NCBI RefSeq assembly: GCF_009914755.1 | Contig: NC_060930.1 | Reading direction: 5' to 3' (one strand) | DNA: 64,000 nucleotides | DNA from: the human T2T-CHM13v2.0 reference genome, Homo sapiens | Shown: positions 17,062 through 31,517 of the stretch, one piece after another | Layout: each line of letters starts with the position of its first letter | Position numbering within the stretch: position 1 is the first letter of the stretch | Position numbers and translations under genes: made by a program | The notes under the pieces: model-generated | The model's database searches: none | Told to the model about the DNA's origin: nothing | The model's input: the letters and a program-made list of their open reading frames with translations, nothing else

Positions 17062-17759
17062 GAGCATAAGAGAATTTGCAGGGAGGGGTAATGGAAATGT
17101 TTTATATTGTGACGGTAGTTACGTGTACTTATTAAACTGCACAGAACTACATACTAAAAAGTATGAGTTTCACTGAAAGTCACATGTACCTCAATAAATC
17201 TGACTTTAAAAAATAAAATTTAAAAATGCATGTAAAGTACTTAGTACAGGTTTGACACTAAGTGCATAATGAATAATATGATAGTGATATGTGGCTGTAT
17301 TAATATTATGAAAAACTAATTTCTCTATTGTCACAGTAATAGTTCCCCCTATAGTTACTAAATTTCTACAGTTCGATGCAGTGAATTGAAGATCAAATCC
17401 AGTATTCCCTATATTACTCTTCTGTTTCTAAAATGTAGAAGAAAAGTGCAAAAGGAACAGTCAAAGCGTAGTTCTAGCTATGGTGTGAAATATTCCTTTA
17501 CTTAATAAGGATCTATTTTACTCCCATTGAAGGCCCAATTCTATGAGATGCAGAGATATATAAAGTAGATACAGGCATTTCCCCAACTTAAACACTTTAT
17601 CCATTCATTAACTCCACGAACATTTATTAGACACCTATTATGTGCCAAGCACTTGTTAGGTTCTGAGAATACATTTGGGGTTAGGGAAAAACAATCTCTG
17701 CTCTTTTTTTAAAAACAAAACAAAACAAAACAAAAACGAGTTCTGAGGCATTTGCTTCT

Positions 17760-18310
17760 ATTTATATATTTATTTACTTTAACTTTTATTTTAGGTTTGG
17801 GGATGCATATGAAGGTTTGTTACATAGGTAAACACATGTCACGGGGGTTTGTTGTACATACTATTTCATCACTCAGGTATTAAGCCCAGTACACAATAGT
17901 TGTCTTTTCTGCTCCTCCTCCTTCTCCCACCCTCCCACTTAAGTAGACCCCAGTGTCTGTCGTTTCCTTTGGTTTTCTTGAGACGGAGTCTCACTCTGTC
18001 ACCCAGGCTGTAGCACAGTGGTGCGATCTCGGCTACTGCAAATTCTGCCACCTGGTTCAAGTGATTCTCCTGCCTCAGCCTTCCATATAGCTGGGATTAC
18101 AGGCGTGTGCCACCATGCCTGGCTAATTTTTGTATTTTTAGTAGAGATGGGGTTTCACCATATTGGCCAAGCTGGTCTTGAACTCCTGACCTCAAGTGAT
18201 CCGCCCACCTCAGACTCCCAAAGTGCTGGGATTACAGGTGTGAGTCACCCCGCCTGGCCTGTTTTCTTCTTTGTGTTCATAAGTTCTTAACATTTAGCTC
18301 CCCAAACTTA
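17760..18310 (-). mobile_element. L1PA15/16 or L1PB 3' end split by an Alu
   Basis: ggtttgttacataggtaaacacatgtcac...ctatttcatcactcaggtattaagc; resumes ttctttgtgttcataagttct. Confidence 0.8.
17975..18259 (-). mobile_element. AluSx/Sz
   Basis: Antisense full Alu, gacctcaagtgatccgccc. Confidence 0.9.
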
Positions 18311-18490
18311 TGAAGATGAGTTTTAATCCAAGAATTACATAAATAAATATTAAAAGTAACAAAAAATAAGTACAGATAGATTCCTGACTTGGAAACATTC
18401 ACACAAAAGAATGGCTGACCTGAAATTCCAGAGAGATGAGAGTAAGCCAAGCATTTTCCTTTTGTTGTGCAGATAAGAAGGTAAAAAATA

Positions 18491-18822
18491 TAGAGCTGGC
18501 CCTCCATATCCATGGGTGCCACATCTGTGGATTCAACCAGCCACAGATAAAAAAGTATTTGAAAAAAAAAATGAATGCACTTGTACTGAACATGTACAAA
18601 CTTTTTATTGCCATTAGTTCCTAAATGATGCAGCATAACAACTATTTACATAACTTTTACATTGTATTAGGTAATATAAATAATCTAGAGATAATTTAAA
18701 GTATACAGGAGGATGTGCATAGGTTATATGCAAACACTACACCATTTTATAACAGAGGCTTGAGCATCTGTGGATTTCGGCATCTGAAGGGGTATCCCCA
18801 CAAATACCAAAGGACAACTGTA
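18491..18822. mobile_element. MER2 (TcMar-Tigger MITE)
   Basis: ggccctccatatccatggg...tgtattaggtaatataaataatctagagat...ggacaactgta. Confidence 0.85.
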
Positions 18823-18859
18823 ATCTTAAAGATAGGGAGCTTCCTTCTGGGAGAGATTT

Positions 18860-19190
18860 TCAATTTTGAGTTCAAAGCATGTGATCTATGGGCAATTGGG
18901 AATATTTGAATATGGGCTTTATGTTAGATGATGGCACTGTATCAACACTGAGTTTTCTGAGTGTGGTAATTGTTTTATGTTTGCATAGGAGATTATTCTT
19001 GTACTTGAGTGGACCCATATTGAGATATTTATGAGTGAAGTGTCCTGATGTCAGCATATTACTTTCAGGTAATTCAGCAAAACTAATGCTGAGTTGGAGA
19101 GAGAGAGGATTTAACATTAAAGTGGCAAGATTTTAACAACTGATGAGTTGGAGTGACACATATCTGGGTGATCATTGTAGTAATTCTCTT
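18860..19190 (+). mobile_element. L1ME 3'UTR fragment
   Basis: gggaatatttgaatatggg...agtgtggtaattgt...gtggcaagattttaacaa. Confidence 0.6.
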
Positions 19191-19348
19191 TCTCTCGTTT
19201 TGTATCCTTCCATTTCCCACTTCCCTTCCTTTGCTAGTGTTGTTACTTATTTTACTTTTATACATAATTCTCTCAATGTGCTAAACAGTCAATTATCTTT
19301 TTAAAAAATTTGCAAATTAGAAAAAAGTCCTTTGTAGCCACCCATATA

Positions 19349-19698
19349 CATCTGCTCCTCAACTTATCATGGAGTAATGTCCTGACAAACCCATCGTAAG
19401 TCAAAAAAGCATTTAAGGCACATTATCTACTGAACATCATAGCTTAGTTTAGCCTACCTTAAAAGTGCTCAGAACACTTACATTAGCCTACAGTTGGGCA
19501 AAAATCATCTAACAAAAAGCCTATTTTATAATAAAATGTTGAATATCTCATGTAATTTATTGAAAACTATACTGAAAGTGAAAAACAGAATGGTTTTATG
19601 GGTTCTTGAAGTGTGGTTTCTGCTGAATGCCTATCACTTTTGCACCATTGTAAAGCTAAAAACAGTAAATTGAATCATCATAAATCAGGGACCATCTG
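19349..19698 (+). mobile_element. MER47A (Tigger5-derived MITE)
   Basis: gctcctcaacttat...cagaacacttacattagcctacagttgggcaaaa...gggaccatctg. Confidence 0.85.
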
Positions 19699-19798
19699 CT
19701 TTTGCCGTTTGCGGCACTTTTCATTTTTTCATGTAGGCCCAAGTTTTTGACATCACTTTCCTTTGCCAGAAGCACTTCCTTTAATAAAGTGCCAGGTA

Positions 19799-20051
19799 GG
19801 CTGGCGCGGTGGCTCACACCTGTAATCCCAGCATTTTGAGAGGCTGAGGCAGGTGGATCACGAGGTCAGGAGTTCAAGACCAGCCTAGCCAACATGGTGA
19901 AACCCTGTCTCTACTAAAAATACAAAAATTAGCTGGACATGGTAGAGAATTGCTTGAACCCAGGAGGCAGAGGTTGCAGTGAGCCAAGATCACGCCACTG
20001 CACTCCAGCCTGGGCAACAGAGCAAGACTCTGTCTCAAAAAAAAAAAAAAA
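19799..20051 (+). mobile_element. AluSg-like with ~40-bp internal deletion
   Basis: Right arm jumps from ggacatggt to agagaattgc; TSD aagtgc(ca/tg)ggta. Confidence 0.88.
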
Positions 20052-21066
20052 GTGCTGGGTATCTTGTAGTGCAGGGAGAGATACTGGTGATGCATTCTGT
20101 TAGATTGTGTTTGATTAAATACATCCTTATTTTTGTCTTCATTTTCACAGAATATTTTCACTGGGTATAGGTTGTCTTTTTTTTTTTTTTCCTTTAAGCA
20201 CTTTAAAGTTGTTCTATTATTTTCTAGCTTGCCTAGTTTCTGGCAAAAAAAAAATGTATTTATTCTTATCTTTTATCCTACACATACAATATCTTTATTT
20301 TCTGCCTTCTTTAAAATTTTTCTTTTCATCACTGGTTTTCAAAAAATTATTCTGAGGTGGTTTTCTTTGTGTTTATTCTATTTGTGATTCACTGTGCTTC
20401 CTGCATCTGTGGATTTATGCTGTGTATTAAATTTGTAAAAATTTTGCCATTGTTTCTTCAGATTTTTTCAATCTCTCTTGCTCACCTCCCTCCTTTCTCC
20501 CCCAACACCCTCTCTCTCATTCTCTCTCTTTTTCTTTCTTTTCAAAAATATTTTCTTTTACCCAGAAACTATCTGTAGAGTTTCTATTGCTATTTCTTCA
20601 GATTCGCTGATTATTTCTTCTGCAGTGAATAATCTATTGTTAATCCAATAGTGATTTTTTTATTACCAATATTATATTTTTCACCTTTAAAGTTTTTACT
20701 TGAATTATACTTATGTCTTTACTTTCTCTGCTCATTATGTTCATGCTTTCCTTTAAGTCCTTGAATATATTTATAATTGTTTTAAGTTCTTGTCTGCTAG
20801 TTCCATTATCTGTCATTTCCGGGTGAGTTTCTATTGACTGATTTTTCTTTTGCTTATGGGACACATTTTCCTCCCTTTTTATATGTTGGGTAATTTTTGA
20901 TTGGATGCTGAACATTGTACATTGTATTTTGTTGAGGGCTGGATTTTGTTGTCTTCCTTTAAAGAGTTTTAGATTGTTTTTCTGAGATGCAGTTAAATTA
21001 CTTTTAAACAATCTTCATGTAGAATGTTGAAGTTTGTTTTGTTAAACTACTTATGGATCAATGTGA

Positions 21067-21568
<502 letters not shown>

Positions 21569-21907
21569 TCAGCCAACTGGCTGCTATTTGCTTTTTGCCC
21601 TCCCTTGTGGAGTTTTACCTTACACAGACACAAGTTGGTATTCTGGAGCAGATGCAAGGCAACGTCTATGCATATTTCTTGATATTTTTCTCTGTATAGC
21701 AAATAAGGAATTTGGACTCACTATATGTTAAAATGACTCTATGGACTAGTCAATGAAGAGAGTCACTACATATATCTGTTTCTATGAGACAATGTATTTT
21801 ACATTTCAAACAATTGACTTTAAAATATGGCTAATTTGTAATTTGGAGACTTCAAAAATATGACTTTGCTTTAATAATATAGTAAAAGAGAATAATCCTC
21901 TAGTATC

Positions 21908-23132
21908 TGTATCAGTTTTCTATTGTTATATAACAAATCACCTCAAAATTTAGTGGCTTAATTGAATAGTATCTTTCCAATAAAGTATAATAAGAGTACT
22001 ATGAAATGTTTTTGACGTGAAGACCAGTTCAAGAATTCCCTGTTCTATCTATCAAAATGATTTAATAATTTTTAAATAGATTTTTAATTCACCTAATGCA
22101 GGTAAACACTTTGCACCTTTTTTTTCTACTTCATCTTAGAAGTGATTTTTGTGTTTTTTTTTTTCTATAATCTCATTAGAGATGTTACAGCTAATTTGGG
22201 CTAAGATGCATTTTCTTATTAAGTAGCTTGAACATAATTGAATCTTTATGTAGTAGTTCAGATTTTTCATTGCTTCCATTCATTGTATATCTCTGAGGTT
22301 AAGATACAAAAAGTGCTCAGAATTGGTTTGGTTGTTTGTTGACTTCATGCTAGGTCATTATTTTTTTTTCAACAAATATTTAAATTTTTATTTTATTTAT
22401 TTTTTAATTATTTTTATCCTGGTTTCGTGGGTAACAATTTTTTTTTAGTCTCTTTTTTTTATTATTATTATACTTTAAGTTTTAGGGTACATGTGCACAA
22501 TGTGCAGGTTTGTTACATATGTATACATGTGCCATGCTGGTGTGCTGCACCCATTAACTCGTCATTTAGCATTAGGTATATCTCCTAATGCTATCCCTCC
22601 CCCTTCCCCCCCACCACACAACAGTCCCCAGAGTGTGATGTTCCCGTGGGTAACAAATATTTTTAGACAAAAACAAAATCCTGGTGCCTTAAAACAACAC
22701 TACTGCTATAGCTTATGATTCTGCTGGGAAGTCCTCATCTGGGACAGTCTCAGCTGATCTCTAATGGGCTCTTTCACGTGTCTGCAACCAGTTTGTGGCT
22801 TCATTGGCGGCTGGCTGGTCTCAGCTAGCCTCACCCTTATTTCTGATTGTTGGCTCTGTTGGCTGAGGATGATGGGGGGTGACTTGGCCACACAGATCTC
22901 CTCATTCAGCTGCCTACTCTAGGCACATTCACATGGCAGCAAGATTGCAAGGGAAGCAAAGAGGTAAGGCCTGGGGTACAAGCATTTCTCAAGTTCTGTT
23001 TGCATTACATTTGCTAATGCTTCACTTGCCAGAGTAAGTCTCATGGCCAGCCCTGAATTAACGAGTGAAAAAATAAACTTTGCTTCTTTATGGGAAAAAT
23101 ATTGTGGACATTTTAATAATCTACCACAATGT
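21908..23132 (-). mobile_element. MLT1 LTR interrupted by a ~710-bp insert
   Basis: tgtatcagttttctattg...aacaaatcacctcaaaatttagtggcttaa; resumes ttaaaacaac at ~22689; ends taatctaccaca. Confidence 0.72.
22453..22645 (-). mobile_element. Young L1PA (about PA3) 3' stub, ~195 bp
   Basis: ttattatactttaagttttagggtacatgtgcacaatgtgcagg...; TSD-like cgtgggtaacaa on both sides. Confidence 0.92.
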
Positions 23133-23277
23133 CAACTTAAATTCAGATAGAAACTATAATAGAAGGTTAGAGAAAGAAAAAAAAATCTGTGCAGGTTGGA
23201 GAAAGTTGGCCTCTTGGAAAAGCAAGGGAAATTTTGAAATGGATCTCGGATTGCTAGATAGAGGGAGAGGAGTAAAA

Positions 23278-23561
<284 letters not shown>

Positions 23562-23589
23562 TCACATGACCTTGGCCAAAGGGCTAATA

Positions 23590-24800
23590 CTCTGCCCAGA
23601 TACCCTTCTACGTCTCCAGCTGCTGTACCTAGCCTCTGTTGTATGTAGGCTCTCCCTTACTTGCAAGACACCTAAATGTTCCTGTTGCCCAGGATTTTAT
23701 CTTTGTTCCTTTTTTATTCTTATTCTGCACATTTGCCCTGGGGGATTTCATCCAATTTCATGGCATCAACTCCCACCTATCCAGTGATGATGTCCAAATC
23801 TACATATGTAGTCCTGAACTATGATCTCTAGAACCATATTTTTCAATGATTTCTTAGACATCTCTGCCTATATAGACGCCATATCTCAATGTGTTTAAAA
23901 CTTAATTTATTTTCATGCCCAGAGAACCTGATCTTTCTTTCTCCTATATTTCTGTTTTTTAGTTAATGGCTTTTCTTCCATCCATTTAGCTAAGCTGGAA
24001 ACCTAACCTCATAGTCATCTTTGATGGCTTCTTCTTCACTCACTACAAGTCCTGGTGATTCCATCTTCTACATGTGTCTTGTGTCCATCCCCTCCTCTCC
24101 ATTCCTATCCCACTGCCTTGGTAGGGGATCCCATCACCTCTTACCTGACCTCTTGCACCAACCTCTTAGCTGGTCTCCCTCAAATAGTTTCACTCTCCTA
24201 GTTTCTTCCTAGTTCACTCCATCCAGGGTACTTTTTATAAAACCCAAGTTTGTTCGTGTCACTCCTCTACTTAATAATGTAAGCTGGGTCCCTGGTGCCT
24301 ACAAAACTGAGTCCAAACTCCTTAAAAGCATGACTTACCAAGTGCTTAGCAATCCAGTAAATCTTTACTGACCACTCCCCTTCCTCGTTTCCAAACTACC
24401 AGACTAAGTTAGTAATTTTTCTAAACCCCCATAAAGCCTTGTACATATCTCCACTGATTCTTTTAGTCTTTGATATATATCATCTATGCATGATTTATAC
24501 CTGATTTTACCAGAATCACTTCCTGCCACTTTGCCCCACCCCATCCCTCTCTTCTCCAGCATCACTGAGCTTCTGATTATTCCTCACCAGCAATGCATGT
24601 CCTTTCACAAGCCTGGGCCTCGGCCCATGTTGTTTACTCTTCCTGGACTGTCCACCCTCTCTTCTTCATCTAGCAAATTCTTATGCATTAGTTAAGCTCA
24701 TAAACCTGTCACCTCCCTGCTGATGACTTCCTTGAGCCAATCAGAAGAGTTAGTCATTTCTTCTGTGTTCCCGTAGCCCTTTGCCCATTCCTCCAGCAGT
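23590..24800 (+). mobile_element. L2a fragment containing a templated insert
   Basis: gatttcatccaatttcatggcatcaact...tgatgatgtccaaatctac...gagtccaaactcctt. Confidence 0.75.
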
Positions 24801-24829
24801 CACCACTGTTCACACTTTTGGCTGCCTTG

Positions 24830-25315
24830 CCTATTTTGAATACCTCCATTATGTTTGGCAAATTTTAGCCACATGAATTCCATTTCTCTGAGGTAGAAGC
24901 CCCAGATCCCAAATTTCCCTTGTAGCTAGGAAACAGTTAAATAACTTAGGCTCTTCTAATCAGATGTACCTGCAGGGAACTTTTTTGCTTGAAGTGAGCA
25001 ATACGTGCGCTGGTAATGGGTGTGAGGCAGGAAATTAATCTTCTGGTAAGATGGGTGTGAAGAGGCCTTTGATCCTTGGGGTGGCCAGTGGCAGAGTGGC
25101 TGTCATGTAGCCCATAGTGCTGAGAGATGGTAAGAGTGGTGTTTGTCAAAACAGCTACCTGGAGTGGTTGAGGATGCTTGGGCTTCAGTCTTGCTGTTTG
25201 GCTCTGTCGAATATTCTATGGGCCACCTAAAATCCCGTGGTAGGTTAATTTACTGCCTAAATAAGTCTGAGTGGATTCGTTCTTGCAGTGACTGAAAAAC
25301 AACAACTGACCCACA
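24830..25315 (+). mobile_element. Old ERVL-type LTR
   Basis: tttcccttgtagctagg...aatcagatgtacc...ttcttgcagtgactgaaaa; subfamily uncertain. Confidence 0.45.
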
Positions 25316-25484
25316 TTGGTTAGGACACTTACCAAGTTTCACTATTCATGTTTTCTTAAGTATCTGTCTCTCCCACTACATTACTCTCAGGTACTGTGTC
25401 TTATCCTTCTATGCAGAGTTCTACTTTCTTAACTCTTATAACAAATACATGTTGAGTGCCTACACTGCGCCATACGCTGTGCTA

Positions 25485-25702
<218 letters not shown>

Positions 25703-26303
25703 GACCTGTCTGAAACATCCTAGGTGTCCAACTGAGTGAGTACACCAATTCATTTGATTACTTACTTTACTTACTGGACATTTGCGTCTGGAAAATATAA
25801 GAATAAATGAGAAATGTTCTTAAGTTTCTCTGAGGCTAATAGGAGATATAGAAATGTAAACCAGTTTGATGCAACCTGAAAGGTGTGATAACAAAAATAT
25901 GTTTCTGATTCACTGGTGGCACAAAGGAGGGGTGGAGTGAAAAATTCTGCTTGGAAAAGCCAGGAATGAAAGACTAAGTTACTGAACGTAGAAATATTTT
26001 TGAGTGTGCATAAAGATTTCTTCTTGTCCCTTTTCCCCCTTTTCTTCTCTTTTCCCTTCTTCCCTTTCCCTTTTCTTTGCCTTTTCTTACTGTTCCCTTT
26101 GCCCTTTAAGGTTCAATCCAAGGGCCATCTTCATAGTAAATCTTTACTGACCACTCCCCTTCCTCCCTTCCAAACTACCACGCTAAGTTAGTAACTTTTC
26201 TAAACTCCCCTAATACCTTGTACATACCACCACTGATTCTTTTAGCCTTTGATGTGTGTTTGTGTACATATATATGTATATCACATGATATATATATCAG
26301 ATG

Positions 26304-26308
<5 letters not shown>

Positions 26309-26350
<42 letters not shown>
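26309..26350. repeat. (TA)n microsatellite
   Basis: About 21 uninterrupted AT units. Confidence 0.95.
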
Positions 26351-26356
<6 letters not shown>

Positions 26357-26836
26357 ATCTATGCATCTGTCATTGCCTCCTCCCCCAAGTCAGGGCCTGG
26401 CACATAATTAGTACAGTACTCAATAAGTTCAATAACTGTTTCTTGAGGAAATATAAATTAAAACTGCAATGTGATACCACCACATCCCCATCAGAATGGC
26501 CACAATGAAAAGGATTGTTAATATCAAGTGTTGATGAAGATATTGAAAAACTGGAAATTTCAAACATGCTAGAAAGAATATAAATGGGAAACTTTTTTGG
26601 CAGAATTCACTAAAGCTGAACATATGCATATTGTATTACCCAACGATTGAACTTCCGGGTATAAGTATCCAACAGAAATGAATGTGTACATCTCAGAAGG
26701 TTCATATCAATTTTATTCATAATAGCCCCAAACTGGAAACAACCTAATGTCCATCCACAATAATGGATAAATGAATTGTGGCATATTCATATCATGGAAC
26801 AGTATACAATAATTTTTTTAAATGAAAAACTGCTAT

Positions 26837-27165
26837 GGGTCAGGTGCAGGGGCTCACCCCTGTAATCTCAACACTTTGGTGGGAGGCTGAGGCGGACAAG
26901 TCACTTGAGCTCAGGAGTTCGAGACCAGCCTAGGCAACATGGGAAAACCCAGTCTCTACAAATGTACCCCCTCCAAAAAAAAAAAAAAAGCCCGGTCCTG
27001 TGGTGTGTGCCTGTAGTCCTGGCTGCTCAGGAGGCTGAGGTGGGACGATCACTTGTGCTCAGGTGGTCAAGGCTGCAGTGAGTGCAGTGAGAGGTGATGG
27101 TAACAGTGTACTCCTTACCTGAGTGACAGAGTGAGACCCTGTCTCAAACAAAACAAGACAAAAAA
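26837..27165 (+). mobile_element. AluJ
   Basis: Diverged full Alu; TSD aaaaactgcta. Confidence 0.88.
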
Positions 27166-27404
27166 CTGCTACAATATAAGCAACAATATAGATGATTTTC
27201 ACCGACTAATATTGAGCAAAGCAAACCAGAAACAGAGTACATATTGTGATTTTCCACTAAAATGAAATTCCAGAAAAGGTCAAATTAATCTCCAGCAAAA
27301 GAGGATGAAATAATGGTTAACTTTTACAGGTGGGAGGGGTAATGTACTGGAAGAGGACAGTAGGGAGATTTCTAAAGTTTTGAAAGTATTCTATATTTTT
27401 ATAA

Positions 27405-27764
<360 letters not shown>

Positions 27765-28429
27765 TAGGACAATGTCAACTCTCCATTAAAAAACTTTTCA
27801 CACCCCAACCACATAAATATGTAAAAATTTGAGTTTTACCCTTATGATTTGTGCATTTTACTGTCTATAAATTACATCTTGATAAAAATGTAAATAAAAA
27901 CAAATAAAAATGAATGTTCCTTGAATGAGTGAATAAACGAATGAATGAGTTGTGTTTTCAAAGAGGAAAATAAAGACATTACCGTGAAAGAGGATCTTGT
28001 ACTGCATTGAATTTTTAAGTAGTGCTTAGTTCTTGCACTTTCTTTGCTCTAATGATGCCCAAAATAATTGTTCGTTTACTTACTTTGCTTAAGTATTAAT
28101 TTCCTTTGCTATTTAGCCACGACTGTGAAGTTAAGACAAGAAAGTCATCAACAGTAATGCAGATGATGTAAATACCTTGTGGGACTGGCATTTAATTTAC
28201 TGCGAGGGATCTATTAAGCTCTTGGGGAATTGGGGAATATGCCTAATTCCCTTCTGGCGTTTTTAATTTTTTTAATCCTTTTGTGTTTTATGAGATGTGA
28301 GTACAAATTAATTATTCAGACTCTTGAGAGAGGAGACGAGTTGGCGGAGGTGCCACCCGTGTTCACGAACAGGAACAGAAGCCACCAGCACATGACATTG
28401 CCCAAGCCACCCAGAGATCAGAGTGGAAG

Positions 28430-29530
28430 AGTCCTAATTGCTGGGCGGCCCAGCCCCGGGATGTGCCTCTCCCATCCTTCTCCAGGCGGGGCTCGTGGCT
28501 AAGCAGCGACTCACCCTGCCAGCCTGTCACAGGCCAAGAGCGGCCAACAACTCCGCAGGCGACAATGGCCGCTGCACCCCAGGCGCTGTGGAAGCCCGAC
28601 CCGGCTCTGGGTCCCATCTTAGAGCCTGGGATGCAGTGTCGGGAGTCGCGGTGCCCAGAGCATCCAGTAGGTGTCGCTGTCCCACGGCCGCCGCGCGCCC
28701 CCGGGGTGGGGAGCCGGGGCGTGTCTGCCTCACCTGGGGCTCCCGGCGCGAGCGCCTCACCTGGGCTAGCGCCCCTTGCCGCCCGCGCCGCGCGGGGGCG
28801 CTCTTCCGCGGCTGGGTCCCCGCCTCCGCCCCAACAGCTCGGGCTGCAGTGCTGCTCGCGCTGCGCTGGGTGCTGGTTCTGCAACCCGCGGCCGTCCCCC
28901 CGCATCCGCGACGAGGGGGCGGGGTCCCACGGCGCGCTGAGAAAGGCGGGCGAGCTGGCGCTCAGGTGTGTTCTTCCATAGGGCCCGGGCGGCAGAGAGG
29001 ACCGCGTCCCGGCAGTCGGAGCGGGAGGAGGACAAGACGATGCCGCTGTCCCCGCCAGCCCAGGGCGACCCCGGGGAGCCCAGCCCGTGCAGGCCCCCTA
29101 AGAAGCACACCACCTTCCACCTCTGGCGCTCCAAAAAGAAGCAGCAGCCGGCGCCGCCTGACTGTGGGGTGTTCGTTCCGCACCCGCTCCCGGCGCCTGC
29201 CGGAGAGGCCAGGTGAGCTCCTCGCCCGAGCCCTCCAGTCCCACCTCCTCCTCCTCCTCCTTCTCCTGCTGCGCTAGCCCTTGGACTCCTGACCCCACTT
29301 GGAGGAGGGGAAAGCCCCGGGGTCTGTTTCAGTCCGCAGGAGGGTACCCGGGTCCGGAGGGGAGCGATCGTAGCCGCTGGGGTTGACGAGGTTCCTCGCG
29401 GCTTTTGGCTCAGACCAAGCACCGGCGAGAGGAACTTGTGCCCACGCATGTGGCCTTTAGTATGACTGCAAAGTTTTCATGCAGGAGCCTCCCGCATCAG
29501 CCTGCTAACCAGAGCGGCGGGGAGTGAGGG
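28430..29530 (+). promoter_or_regulatory. CRYBG1: CpG island promoter and 5'UTR of CRYBG1
   Basis: Only GC- and CpG-rich non-Alu block in the window; GC boxes ccgcctccgcccc (~28820) and gggggcgggg (~28915); no TATA box. TSS not determinable from sequence. Confidence 0.9.
29040..29212 (+). CDS. CRYBG1: First coding exon of CRYBG1/AIM1 long isoform (57 codons + 2 nt, phase 2)
   Basis: ATG at 29040 in context aagacgATGc (A at -3), in-frame upstream TGA at 28938, consensus donor CAG|GTGAGC at 29212/29213, inside a CpG island. Peptide MPLSPPAQGDPGEPSPCRPPKKHTTFHLWRSKKKQQPAPPDCGVFVPHPLPAPAGEA(R) recalled as the CRYBG1 N-terminus. Confidence 0.88.
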
Positions 29531-30071
29531 TTGTTACCGTCCTAAATGATGGCGGGAACTCTGCTTTGGGGTTAGGCACTGCTTTTGAGCTAGTGTCTTT
29601 ATTGTAAAGCTCTTTATTGTGAATATCTGTAAGATCTGTGCTCTTACAGATGTTATACCCCCATTCTCCTCGCAACATACGAAGGGAGGAGGAAGTGGCA
29701 GGAATGGTTACCCCCATTTCATGGGTGGAGGAACTGAGACCAAAGGATAAATGGCTTCTCCCCATTGGAGCCAGTGGCAGAGCTAGAGAGCACCTAGTTA
29801 TCAAAACTGTAGTTACCATTGTGCTTTTTGATTTTTATCATGGTTTTGAAGTGGTTTTATTCTATATGTATAATTATTCAACTATAGCATCAGAGTTTAT
29901 GCATTCGTTGAATAATAATCAATTTGAAGTAACAGCGTATTTACATGGCTCAGAGGTGTGAAATATTTATAGTGATGGACAATTGACAATGTCCAGTAAA
30001 TCCTTCCAAATGTGTTTTTAAAATACACCCTATGAGGGCCAGAATAAAATTGTGCAAAATTTGCATTTTAG

Positions 30072-30398
<327 letters not shown>

Positions 30399-31093
30399 TC
30401 TCCTTTTATTTGTAAAAAAAGTCAATTTTACGATCTATTTTCATTCACTTATTGTATTGAGTACCTTAGCTAAGTGCCATGTACTGCGATATAAAAAACA
30501 ATGAGAGACAGGAATAATTGTGTCATCAAAGAATTGTTAGTCTCTTGTGGATACCAAAAAATGCAATGATAGATGCCAGCACACAGGAGGGGATCAGGGA
30601 GGCTTCCTGGAGGAGGATAGGTGAAGTGGCTTAGGCAGAAACAGGGAGGAGCAGCGAGTTCCAGGCAGGGGCTGCACTGTGCACATCACCAGCACTTAGA
30701 AGAGCGTGGCACTTCCTGAGAAGCGCAAGTGGTTGCAGCGGGGAGGTCTAGGTGTGAGTGGGTAAGGGTAGGAAACCTAAGAAAGAAGTCATTTTATTTT
30801 TCTCTCATATTTTATCATCCACATTGGTAATCAGTTGTAGTAGAAATATATTACCTATTCAAACGTTTACTGTGCCTAATTATAGATTATACTTTCTAAC
30901 AAAATACAGTATTTAATGTACCCAACATTGAAGTTCTTTTCTATTACCTCAGTAAATATTTTAAACATTTCCATCGTGGTTTTCCTTTTAAGATCTAGTC
31001 TTATCATTTACTGTCTATCAAAACATAATAATACACAGCTATAGGTAATTTATTCAAATGTAAATACATTTTAGTATAAAATTTAAAATAGGA

Positions 31094-31517
<424 letters not shown>

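Noticed and set aside
29040-29216. Stand-alone 58-aa microprotein ending at TGA 29214-29216
   Set aside because: The stop is part of the GTGAG donor; the spliced first exon is the simpler explanation.
28363-29449. Long overlapping ORFs of 172-279 aa on both strands
   Set aside because: Stop-poor GC-rich CpG island; low-complexity R/P/A/G products; only the frame from 29040 is recognisable.
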